Shown here in pieces: positions 22,036 through 29,944 of a stretch of 38,663 nt of DNA. The translations under genes and the position numbers were made by a program. Origin of the DNA: Candidatus Woesearchaeota archaeon (GTDB lineage Archaea > Nanobdellota > Nanobdellia > Pacearchaeales > GW2011-AR1); contig CAYNAV010000003.1 of assembly GCA_964395405.1 (NCBI GenBank), positions 1 to 38,663 on the forward strand, written 5' to 3'. Position 1 is the first letter of the stretch. Every line of letters starts with the position of its first letter. The notes beneath the pieces were generated by a model. It had not been told where the DNA came from, made no database searches, and saw only the letters and a list, made by a program, of their open reading frames with translations.

Positions 22036-24348
22036 ATGAGCGAACAAGACACAAGAGCAGAGTTAATTGAACCAAAACTTAAAGAAAGTGGTTGGGGAAT
22101 TATTGAAAATACTAAAATTAGAAGGGAGTATCCCATAACTGCTGGAAGAATACAGATTGGTGGAAATAGAGCAAAACCCCTATTCGCAGATTTTGTTTTA
22201 GAGTTTAATGGAAGAAAACTTGCAGTTATTGAAGCTAAAAAAAGTTCTTTGAATGTTACGGAAGGTAGAGCCCAGGCAGTAGAATATGCTAAAAAACTAC
22301 AAATTGAGTTTACTTTTACAACCAACGGGAAAGAGATCTATCAAATAGATATGGAAACTGGGAAAGAAGCATTAGTCAAAAGTTTTCCAACCCCAGAAGA
22401 GATTTGGAATAAGACCTTTAGAGTTCAAAATGAATGGAAAGATAAATTTAATGCGATTCAATTCGGAGGAAAAAATAAGCCAAGATTTTATCAAGAAATT
22501 GCAATAAATAGAACCTTAGATGCTATTGCAGAAGATAAAAATAGACTATTATTAACTCTTGCTACGGGAACTGGAAAAACAGCTATTGCTTTTGAAATTG
22601 CTTGGAAACTCTTTTATTCAAAATGGAATCTAAGGAAAGATGGCTCTAGGCATCCCCGGGTTTTATTTTTAACAGATAGAAATAATTTAGCAAATCAGGC
22701 ATTTAATGAGTTCTCACCTTTTCCAGAAGACGCGTTAGTCAGGATTAAACCAAAAGAAATAAACAAAAAAGGTAAAGTTCCAACAAATGGAAGCATTTTC
22801 TTTACAATTTTTCAAACTTTCATGTGTGGAAAAGATAATAGCCCTTATTTTGGACAGTATCCTAAAGATTTTTTTGATCTTATTATAATCGATGAATGCC
22901 ATAGGGGAGGAGCAAATGATGAAGGTAATTGGAGGGGGATATTAGAATATTTCTCCCCAGCAGTCCAACTTGGTTTAACAGCAACACCTAAAAGGAGAGA
23001 GAATGCAGATACTTACAAGTATTTTGGAAATCCATTATATACCTATTCACTAAAAGAAGGAATTGAAGATGGATTCTTGACGCCATTTAAAGTTAGAAGA
23101 TTTAAGACCACCTTAGACGAATATGTATATACATCTGATGATGATGTTGTTGAGGGTGAAGTGGAGGTGGGAAAAATCTATCAAGAAACAGATTTTAATA
23201 AAATAATTGAAATAAAGGAAAGAGAAGCGAAAAGAGTAAAACTCTTTATGGGCGAAATAAATCAGAATGAAAAAACAATTGTTTTTTGTGCAACCCAAGA
23301 CCATGCTTTAGTTGTTAGAGACCTTATAAACCAATATAAGAAAAGCAAGGATGTAAATTATTGCGTCAGAGTAGCTGCAAATGATGGGGCTCTTGGAGAT
23401 CAATACCTCGAAGAATTTAGAGATAATGAAAAAACAATTCCTACAATTTTAACAACATCACAAAAACTTTCAACAGGGGTTGATGCAAGAAATATAAGAA
23501 ATATTATTTTAATGAGACCTGTAAAGCAAATAATTGAGTTTAAACAAATCGTAGGTAGGGGAACTAGATTATTTGATGAAAAGGAATTTTTCACAATTTA
23601 TGATTTTGTTGATGCTTACAGAAATTTTAATGATCCCGAATGGGACGGAGAACCTTTAGAACCTGTTTTAACAGAAAAAATAGCAAAACCAATGAAAATA
23701 AAAGAAAAAGGAGATGAATACCCAGAAAGTTATGAAGAAGAGTTAGAGGGAAAGAAAAAGAAAATAAAGATTAAGCTCGCAGATGGAAAAGAAAGAGAAA
23801 TCCAGCATATTAGCACAACGTATTTCATCAGCAAAAATGGAAAACCGATTTCATCAACTGAATTCTTACAAAATTTATTTGGTGACTTACCTAAATTATT
23901 TAAAAATGAACAAAAATTAAGAGATATTTGGAGTAGTCCAATAACAAGAAAATCATTTTTGCTAAAACTTGAAGAAGCCGGATATGGCGTAGAAGTACTA
24001 AAAGAAGCTCAAAAAATTATTGTGGGTGCTGAGAAGAGTGATTTATTTGATGTTTTGGAGTATATTGCCTCTGCAAAAAAGCCAATTTCACGAGAAGAAA
24101 GAGTTGCAAAATCCCAAAATAAGATATTTGAAGATCTAGACATCAATCAAAAGGAATTTTTAGATTTTGTTTTGACCAAATATGTGGAGTCTGGAGTTGA
24201 AGAATTAGATTTAGAGAAATTATCACCCCTATTGAGATTAAAGTATCAAGAAGTTGAAGATGCTACTGACTTGCTTGGCGGAGTTAAAAAAATAAGAGAA
24301 ACATTTATTGGATTTCAAAAACATTTATATGCTGCTAAAAAAACTTAA
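22036..24348 (+). CDS. hsdR: type I R-M restriction subunit (nuclease + SF2 helicase/translocase, EcoEI-R-type C-terminus)
   Basis: MSEQDTRAELIEPKL, ADFVL..LAVIEAKK (D..E-x-K), LATGTGKT (motif I), IIIDECHRG (DEAH-type motif II), LGLTATP (III), QIVGRGTR (VI). C-terminal FLDFVLTKYVESG..L helical domain. Confidence 0.9.
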   Translation: MSEQDTRAELIEPKLKESGWGIIENTKIRREYPITAGRIQIGGNRAKPLFADFVLEFNGRKLAVIEAKKSSLNVTEGRAQAVEYAKKLQIEFTFTTNGKEIYQIDMETGKEALVKSFPTPEEIWNKTFRVQNEWKDKFNAIQFGGKNKPRFYQEIAINRTLDAIAEDKNRLLLTLATGTGKTAIAFEIAWKLFYSKWNLRKDGSRHPRVLFLTDRNNLANQAFNEFSPFPEDALVRIKPKEINKKGKVPTNGSIFFTIFQTFMCGKDNSPYFGQYPKDFFDLIIIDECHRGGANDEGNWRGILEYFSPAVQLGLTATPKRRENADTYKYFGNPLYTYSLKEGIEDGFLTPFKVRRFKTTLDEYVYTSDDDVVEGEVEVGKIYQETDFNKIIEIKEREAKRVKLFMGEINQNEKTIVFCATQDHALVVRDLINQYKKSKDVNYCVRVAANDGALGDQYLEEFRDNEKTIPTILTTSQKLSTGVDARNIRNIILMRPVKQIIEFKQIVGRGTRLFDEKEFFTIYDFVDAYRNFNDPEWDGEPLEPVLTEKIAKPMKIKEKGDEYPESYEEELEGKKKKIKIKLADGKEREIQHISTTYFISKNGKPISSTEFLQNLFGDLPKLFKNEQKLRDIWSSPITRKSFLLKLEEAGYGVEVLKEAQKIIVGAEKSDLFDVLEYIASAKKPISREERVAKSQNKIFEDLDINQKEFLDFVLTKYVESGVEELDLEKLSPLLRLKYQEVEDATDLLGGVKKIRETFIGFQKHLYAAKKT

Positions 24349-24503
24349 AATCCCTGTGATTCAGCTGCTTTAACTATCCCAACCAATTCCAGAAAATCCC
24401 AACAAAAAATACAAGTTTAACAATAATAAAAGAGTTTATCAATAAAATATAATTTATCCTTTTACTTCCTTCAATCTTTTTATCATATTTGCAGAAGAAG
24501 TAT

Positions 24504-24674
24504 CTAATTCCTCACAAGTTTAATCAAACCAATAAGAACCATAATACCAAAGAAAATACTATCTAAACCCCGCAAACTAAAGAATAACCAAATCGCTTGA
24601 ATAAAGAATACTCCAAGTAAAATTCCTAAGATTATCATTATTGGAGTTTCATTTTTTAGCTTTTCTTCCCTCAT
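24504..24674 (-). CDS. small 2-TM membrane protein (56 aa from ATG 24674)
   Basis: PIMIILGILLGVFFIQAIWLFF and IFFGIMVLIGLI. Overlaps the upstream gene end. Confidence 0.35.
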   Translation of the reverse strand: MREEKLKNETPIMIILGILLGVFFIQAIWLFFSLRGLDSIFFGIMVLIGLIKLVRN

Positions 24675-25173
24675 CAAACCACCTTTTTTCAATGTCTCTT
24701 AACCTTTCGTTCTTTCTTTTGCATCTCTTAATAATCTCTAAATAAATAATATAATTCTCTCTTGCTTTTTTCTTAGTTCCATAATTCTTATTTAAATTCC
24801 TTCCCTCTGCTTCCTTTATTGCCCGCAACCAACAATATCGGTCCATAATTGCATAGTTATCAGGATATGCAAAATGTAATATTGCAGAAGCAATAGGAAC
24901 CTCAACCCCTTCTAATTCACATAATAATCTTAATGCCTCCTTTATTTCCTTAGGATCCTTTATTTCTTCTGGATTTTCACACTTTGCTATTTCAATTGCT
25001 TTTTGCGTTTTTTCTTTTATTAATTTTTCATCAGTTTCCGCAGGCACTTGTGCTTTAAAATTTCTAATTCTCAGAAACTCCACCAAATCCAAAACTCCCC
25101 TACAGTCCTTACCTTTCATCATTTCTTCAAGTTTGTAATATTCTTCTTCAAGTTTCTCTTTAGATTTCGGCAT
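24649..25173 (-). CDS. hypothetical protein; one segment resembles OGG-fold / HhH-glycosylase-like proteins
   Basis: VPIASAILHFAYPDNYAIMDRYCW resembles the ...ASKILHF..P..FPI.D motif I associate with 8-oxoguanine-glycosylase OGG-fold annotations. This is a weak, memory-based call. Confidence 0.4.
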   Translation of the reverse strand: MPKSKEKLEEEYYKLEEMMKGKDCRGVLDLVEFLRIRNFKAQVPAETDEKLIKEKTQKAIEIAKCENPEEIKDPKEIKEALRLLCELEGVEVPIASAILHFAYPDNYAIMDRYCWLRAIKEAEGRNLNKNYGTKKKARENYIIYLEIIKRCKRKNERLRDIEKRWFDEGRKAKK

Positions 25174-25212
25174 AAAAGAACTAGTAAATCCAACTATAAA
25201 AGTCTTTAGAAA

Positions 25213-25710
25213 TTAACTATTTAATTTTTGTTTTTTCTCGGTATAATTATGAGAGTTGCATTTAGGACAACTTTTTAGTCGATCTAATTCCTTTTCTAAT
25301 TCAAGTACATTTCTTTTACTTTGCTCCGCAGAGCCTACGGAAGACCAATCTCCAACAAGCATCCCCCATCCCGCAATCTTTAGTGCACCCTTAGACTTTT
25401 TTATTTCCCCTTGTAATTCTGCCTCTCTCTCGTTTAAAGAATGCCAAACCTTACCGCAAACACTACATTTTCTTTTAAATTCTATTCTTTCATACTCCTT
25501 TTTCTCTTTCTTAAACTCTTTTTTTGGTTCTTCCTTTTCTTTTCCCTTCCATTTTTTAATCATTATAGTCCCTAAAATTATAAAAAACACCCCGGTTACC
25601 TCTGCTAAAATAGAGTTAATAAACTCCTTTTCAGCAAAGCCTTCAAAGCCGGCTAAAATTAAAAGAATCCCTAACAGGACCAATAGTATGTATTTGGTTC
25701 TTTTTTTCAT
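25213..25710 (-). CDS. membrane-anchored zinc-ribbon protein (165 aa from ATG 25710)
   Basis: Two N-terminal TM helices, a K/E-rich linker, then CSVCGK...x60...CPKCNSHNY. Confidence 0.5.
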   Translation of the reverse strand: MKKRTKYILLVLLGILLILAGFEGFAEKEFINSILAEVTGVFFIILGTIMIKKWKGKEKEEPKKEFKKEKKEYERIEFKRKCSVCGKVWHSLNEREAELQGEIKKSKGALKIAGWGMLVGDWSSVGSAEQSKRNVLELEKELDRLKSCPKCNSHNYTEKKQKLNS

Positions 25711-25747
25711 ATTAATTATTGTCAAACCAATTATTTAAATTTGTCTT

Positions 25748-26128
25748 TTAACTAAACGGATCTACCAATTTCCAAATGCCAAATCCAATAACTGCAACAA
25801 TAATCCAATAAATATAACCTTCTACAAATTTGTTAATCAAAGGTAATTGAATTAGTGTTGTAAAATAAGCATCCATAAGGTCATTAACATTATGCCAATA
25901 TGAAAGTAACCATAAAAATCCAGCAGGCCACGCTAAATATATTTTTCTACCACATTGTACACAAAACTTTTTACCCTGTTTCTTAGAGATATCACAACAA
26001 CTTTCATCATTTGAGCCATAAGAGGAATTATTTCTTCTCACAAGATAAATAGTAAACTCCGCCCAAAAATATGGGAAGGATATAACACTTACCACCCAAT
26101 TATAAGTCAACCAACTTTTCAAGATCAA
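25748..26128 (-). CDS. membrane protein with CxxC pair (non-ATG start: TTG 26128 or GTG 26095)
   Basis: FCVQCGRK between TM segments. No ATG near the 5' end. Confidence 0.4.
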   Translation of the reverse strand: MILKSWLTYNWVVSVISFPYFWAEFTIYLVRRNNSSYGSNDESCCDISKKQGKKFCVQCGRKIYLAWPAGFLWLLSYWHNVNDLMDAYFTTLIQLPLINKFVEGYIYWIIVAVIGFGIWKLVDPFS

Positions 26129-26891
26129 TACTTTCTTGTAAGAATTTTAAGAACTCCTCAGTCTGAAATTTTAAATTAAATACTCTTTCAAGCATAATAG
26201 GGTAAGCAGAGATCATAGTAGTCTTATCGTCTATCCTTCCTTCAGTATTTCCAGTTATAACAAAATTTATAATCATTTTATATAATTTTTCAAATTTTAT
26301 TGAACTTTTTTCATTTTTGATGATAAGATGGGGGTTAAATAAACGCTTCAGAGCTTCTTCAGACTTTGTCCGATTTAACAGTCCACTTTCGCTTTCCTTA
26401 AGATATTTAGCAACTTCCTTTTTAGACCTGCCTCCATCTGACATAGTTATTACTCTCTTAAGTCTTTCAGAAAAGTTATCCTTTAGCTTAGCAGAAGATA
26501 AACATTCGTATAAGCTCAAGGAACAAAGTAACTCATCCACTTTTAATAATACATCCTTCCTATTATTTAGAGTATCACCAAATCTTAACATAATCTTGTC
26601 AAGAGATCTCTTTATTTTGGAGGTTTCCTTTGTAAAATAATAATAACTTCCCCGAGTATTTGTTTCCCATTTCTTCTTATGAAATAACTCCATAGATTTT
26701 TTGTTTAAATCGCACTTTGGAAGAGTGATAATAAGCCCGAATTTTTTTAAATTAGAAAAATAATTCTTGGAAAGATTTTTTTCATCCTTCTTAGCCATAG
26801 AACTTATCTCTTTTAATGTAAGAAACTTATCTGAAGAGATACATCTATAAAAAATTTTAAGATATCTGGAATATAATATTTCTTCTTTCAT
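26100..26891 (-). CDS. hypothetical protein, probable N-terminal wHTH
   Basis: ATG start. FLTLKEISSMAKKDEKNLSKNYFSNLKKFGLI. First gene of the minus operon 26891->24504. Confidence 0.5.
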   Translation of the reverse strand: MKEEILYSRYLKIFYRCISSDKFLTLKEISSMAKKDEKNLSKNYFSNLKKFGLIITLPKCDLNKKSMELFHKKKWETNTRGSYYYFTKETSKIKRSLDKIMLRFGDTLNNRKDVLLKVDELLCSLSLYECLSSAKLKDNFSERLKRVITMSDGGRSKKEVAKYLKESESGLLNRTKSEEALKRLFNPHLIIKNEKSSIKFEKLYKMIINFVITGNTEGRIDDKTTMISAYPIMLERVFNLKFQTEEFLKFLQESIDLEKLVDL

Positions 26892-26912
26892 TTTTAAACT
26901 AATGGAGATGTT

Positions 26913-26938
26913 TTTTATCCTAATTTTAATGGATAAAA
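26913..26938. promoter_or_regulatory. inverted repeat ttttatcc-N10-ggataaaa in the divergent promoter region
   Basis: 8-bp perfect arms between the minus operon start (26891) and the RHH gene start (26969). Candidate RHH operator. Confidence 0.4.
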
Positions 26939-26968
26939 GACTTTTAATACTTTTTATCTTATTTTGTT

Positions 26969-27130
26969 ATGAAAACAATTATAATTCAATATGAAAACAG
27001 GGGGATTATTGACAAGCTGATTAAAAAAGCAGTAGAAATAGACCTAAGCTCTAAAGCCAGTCTTGCAAGAAGAGCAATCTGCTTTTACTGCAAAAAAATT
27101 GTCAATGAACATAACGATGAAAACCCCTAA
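26969..27130 (+). CDS. ribbon-helix-helix (CopG-like) protein, 53 aa, below track cutoff
   Basis: MKTIIIQYENRGIIDKLIKKAVEIDLSSKASLARRAICFYCKK: beta-strand, helix, helix pattern. Confidence 0.45.
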   Translation: MKTIIIQYENRGIIDKLIKKAVEIDLSSKASLARRAICFYCKKIVNEHNDENP

Positions 27131-27216
27131 TTCAAAATCAGACAGAGAACTTCACCACCTTCTAGAGTCTATTTATCAGAAGATTTTACTTAGAATTAAA
27201 ACATTGGAGGGATCAA

Positions 27217-27390
27217 ATGTGCAAGACAAACAAAATCACTTTCAGAATTGAAACAAGAGAAAAAGATAAATTACACAAATTAATGAATCTTGGGAATTAT
27301 AATAGTTTTTCTTCCTTAATGCGAGCTTTAATTTTAGAAGCACAAAAAAGAGGGTTCCAATCAAGTTTAAAGGATGAAAAAAATGGATAA
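27217..27390 (+). CDS. ribbon-helix-helix (CopG-like) protein, 57 aa, below track cutoff
   Basis: GGAGG 7 nt upstream. MCKTNKITFRIETREKDKLHKLMNLGNYNSFSSLMRALILEAQKRG. Confidence 0.5.
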   Translation: MCKTNKITFRIETREKDKLHKLMNLGNYNSFSSLMRALILEAQKRGFQSSLKDEKNG

Positions 27391-27550
27391 CCCAATATTT
27401 CTACATATCAAAGAATTATTTTTAAATGGTTTTTCTAGAGTAGAATTAATTAAAGCAGGATACAATTATAGGCTAGTTGATCTGGCAATTAAAGAATTAA
27501 CTATTGGAATTCAATTAAATAAACAGGAGCTAAAGCCAATAATAGCTTAA
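27383..27550 (+). CDS. hypothetical small protein, 55 aa
   Basis: ATG overlaps the upstream stop by 8 nt. MDNPIFLHIKELFLNGFSRVELIKAGYNYRLVDLAIKEL. Confidence 0.3.
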   Translation: MDNPIFLHIKELFLNGFSRVELIKAGYNYRLVDLAIKELTIGIQLNKQELKPIIA

Positions 27551-27558
27551 TTTTTTAA

Positions 27559-27744
27559 ATGAATTTATCTATCTATCTATCTAAGCGTGTTCAAATAATT
27601 CTTAATACAAGATTTACTTATGTCGGTACAGTTATTGATTGTGACAAAAATTCCATAACTTTAGTTGATAAAACTAATTCTAGGGTTTGTTTAAAAGAAA
27701 GCTCTATTGACTTAATAAAAGAGGTTGGTGGAAATGGAAACTGA
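27559..27744 (+). CDS. small beta-rich protein (Sm/KOW-like pattern), contains (TATC)4 microsatellite at 27566..27583
   Basis: VQIILNTRFTYVGTVIDCDKNSITLVDKTNSRVCLKESSIDLIKEV. Confidence 0.4.
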   Translation: MNLSIYLSKRVQIILNTRFTYVGTVIDCDKNSITLVDKTNSRVCLKESSIDLIKEVGGNGN

Positions 27745-29590
27745 AGAAAAAATTTATCAATCATATAAGGGAACTATTGAAAGAAATGTTAATGCTGTTG
27801 GAGGTTGTAAAGATTTTATAGCATTTGGAATCCCTAAAAAATTTTGGAGTAGGATTATCAAAGAATTAAAACTTCCAAAAGAAAACTTTTATGATTTTAA
27901 TAAAATTCAAAAAGAAATGAATGATAAAAAGAGAGTTGAAAATAAACTAAAAGAAATGGATAAATTTATCTTAGATGATTCAAAACTACCTCAAAGACTA
28001 GACCATGCAGTTGGGAAAATTAGAATAGGGGGGAAACAATTTAGATATCATGGGGCAAGGATAAATGAATTGGTTATTAAAAAACAAAAAGGAAGATTAA
28101 TTCAAACAACTGAATTAAATCCTGCATTAATTCTTGAAACTGGGAAGATTTTAACAGAAAATAATAAACCTGCAGATGTTGATTTTGCTTTTGATTCAAT
28201 TATGACCCTAAAAAGAAATAGGTGGAGTTTGGATTCTATTAAAAAATTCTGTGTTGAAGATTTTAATCCAGAAGATTACACTTTTGAAAAGGTATTTAAC
28301 TGCTTTAAAAAATTCTATGATAACTCTATGGTTTTTGAGGAGGATTGGTATTCTTTACTCGCTTTAAGAGATATGAAATCTTATTTCTGGGATTTAGTTG
28401 ATAAATTTTTGATATTCAAACATGAAGGGATTAGTGGAACAGCAAAAAGTAAAGGCATGAGAATTGGGGCAAATCTTTCTTTTAATGGAAAGAAGTTTTT
28501 ATGCCCAACACCTGCAAACTTTTTCAGATATAGACATCATAACAAAGCAACTTTATTCATTGAGGAGGTAGAAAGACTTTTTGATGATTCAAAAAAGAAG
28601 AATACTGCAGATTCTGAACTAGTAGAATATCTTAATGGGAGTTATGAAAAAGGAAATACAGTTCCAAGACAGAATGATAAAAACATCAATCAAACAGATG
28701 AGTTTGACCCAGCGGGAGATTTGAGTGCGGGTTCTATCGCCCCATTCAAAGGGGCATTAGAAAAAAGAAGTGTTGCTCTTCACATGATTAAGGCACCAAA
28801 AAAAGACAAGAGGGGAAATATAGAAATACCAACAGAAAGCGACCCAGAGTTCTCAGAAGCAAGAAATAAGATGTATATCTGTAGCCTTTTAAATTATAAA
28901 CAATTTGAAAGAGCCCTTTTAGAAGTTGAAAATAACTATGGTTTGGCTAATAGACAATGGATTCTAGCTAAGCCTTTAATTACGTTGGCTAAATGTATTA
29001 ACCCTGAATTAGAAATCAAAACAGGGAAATTTTTAAGTAGATTGTTTGAAGTGCGGGATGATTCTTTTGATGAAGAAAGTTGGGAGGTATTAATGGCTAA
29101 GTCTTTACTAAAGATTTATAGTAAATATTCTGGAGAAACTTTTTTATCTGTTGAAGCAATTAAGAATAAATTTGTTTCAGAACTGAACAGCCATGGCTCA
29201 AATCCTTACAATATATCAAATACAAAGGCGGGAATTTTAATACGTGAACTGGGATTTACTCGTTTCAAATCTAATCCTACGGGCAATCAAAGAGGTTACA
29301 AAATGAGCTTTTTTGATGTATCAGGATTATTGATAAGGCAAGAAATCTTTAAGATTGAAAATATATTAAAAATAGTGTCAGAAGTGTCAGAGTGTAAGTA
29401 TTCCGAAGATAAAATAAATAAATGGTATACTGACACTTACCTGACACCTGACACTACTAACAACAAAACACCTGACACTCTGACAGACAGGACACTTGTT
29501 TCAGGAGTAGATATTAGTTTTACAAAAGAAGAACTAGAAGCTACTGGACTGAGTGGAGAAGAATTAAAAGAGGTTATAGCAGATGAATAA
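27734..29590 (+). CDS. large element protein, putative replication-associated NTPase (divergent P-loop); 618 aa from ATG 27734
   Basis: GAGGT/GGTGG lies upstream of ATG 27734; the track start 27725 is TTG. HEGISGTAKSKG (Walker A-like, Ala for Gly), ATLFIEEVERLF (Walker B-like). Size and position after RHH genes fit plasmid or virus Rep proteins. The function call is weak. Confidence 0.4.
   Translation: METEEKIYQSYKGTIERNVNAVGGCKDFIAFGIPKKFWSRIIKELKLPKENFYDFNKIQKEMNDKKRVENKLKEMDKFILDDSKLPQRLDHAVGKIRIGGKQFRYHGARINELVIKKQKGRLIQTTELNPALILETGKILTENNKPADVDFAFDSIMTLKRNRWSLDSIKKFCVEDFNPEDYTFEKVFNCFKKFYDNSMVFEEDWYSLLALRDMKSYFWDLVDKFLIFKHEGISGTAKSKGMRIGANLSFNGKKFLCPTPANFFRYRHHNKATLFIEEVERLFDDSKKKNTADSELVEYLNGSYEKGNTVPRQNDKNINQTDEFDPAGDLSAGSIAPFKGALEKRSVALHMIKAPKKDKRGNIEIPTESDPEFSEARNKMYICSLLNYKQFERALLEVENNYGLANRQWILAKPLITLAKCINPELEIKTGKFLSRLFEVRDDSFDEESWEVLMAKSLLKIYSKYSGETFLSVEAIKNKFVSELNSHGSNPYNISNTKAGILIRELGFTRFKSNPTGNQRGYKMSFFDVSGLLIRQEIFKIENILKIVSEVSECKYSEDKINKWYTDTYLTPDTTNNKTPDTLTDRTLVSGVDISFTKEELEATGLSGEELKEVIADE
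29374..29496. repeat. iteron-like cluster: AGTGTCAG x2 (+1 degenerate), then ~32 nt AT-rich spacer, then CTGACAC x4 (+2 degenerate) in inverted orientation
   Basis: gtgtcag at 29375-81 and 29384-90, agtgtaag at 29391-98. ctgacac at 29430-36, 29441-47, 29448-54 and 29472-78; ctgacag at 29480-86; ggacact at 29490-96. All lie inside the 3' end of the Rep-like ORF. Confidence 0.7.
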
Positions 29591-29852
29591 ATCAGACTTG
29601 CATCTTTTAGAGGTTCTAATGCCCCTAGAAGATTTTAGGCTTATTCAGGTATTAAAAAATAAAAATAAGGTCTTACAAGATCAGTTAAGGGCAATTGGGC
29701 TTATAATAATTCAAAGTATGAGGGCTTTTAAAATTAAACATAATGAACCAGGAGATAATTATTTTGTGAGGACATATACTGCCCAAATTCCAAGTATCAC
29801 AGAAACTGCAATTACACCATATGCAATCTTTAACAGTAAACTAGCAGGATAA
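29583..29852 (+). CDS. doubtful small ORF (ATGA-coupled to the Rep-like gene)
   Basis: The start overlaps the upstream stop. The 3' 94 nt overlap the convergent ORF 29759..29944, so at most one of the two is full length. Confidence 0.3.
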   Translation: MNKSDLHLLEVLMPLEDFRLIQVLKNKNKVLQDQLRAIGLIIIQSMRAFKIKHNEPGDNYFVRTYTAQIPSITETAITPYAIFNSKLAG

Positions 29853-29944
29853 GGATAATAAGACATTACATAACCTATTCCTAAAGATAAAAATACAAAT
29901 GTAGTTATCAAAAACCATCTCATCCATTTATCTTGTTTGCTCAT
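29759..29944 (-). CDS. small 2-TM membrane protein (doubtful)
   Basis: WFLITTFVFLSLGIGYVM and IAYGVIAVSVILGIWAVYVL. ATG start. Confidence 0.35.
   Translation of the reverse strand: MSKQDKWMRWFLITTFVFLSLGIGYVMSYYPYPASLLLKIAYGVIAVSVILGIWAVYVLTK

Noticed and set aside
22020-23594. Minus-strand ORFs 22020..22325, 23113..23304 and 23400..23594 inside hsdR
   Set aside because: hsdR motifs (nuclease, helicase I-VI) are continuous in the plus frame. The antisense ORFs are shadow ORFs of AT-rich DNA.
25256-25738. 160-aa plus-strand ORF antisense to the membrane zinc-ribbon gene
   Set aside because: The translation is Ser/Phe/Leu low-complexity. The minus-strand frame gives coherent TM helices plus paired CxxC motifs and has an ATG with operon context.
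27063-27251. Track ORF (TTG start) bridging the two RHH genes; an internal ATG at 27117 would give 44 aa
   Set aside because: It overlaps both better-supported RHH ORFs in another frame and has a non-ATG start. A short real peptide from 27117 cannot be excluded, but nothing supports it.
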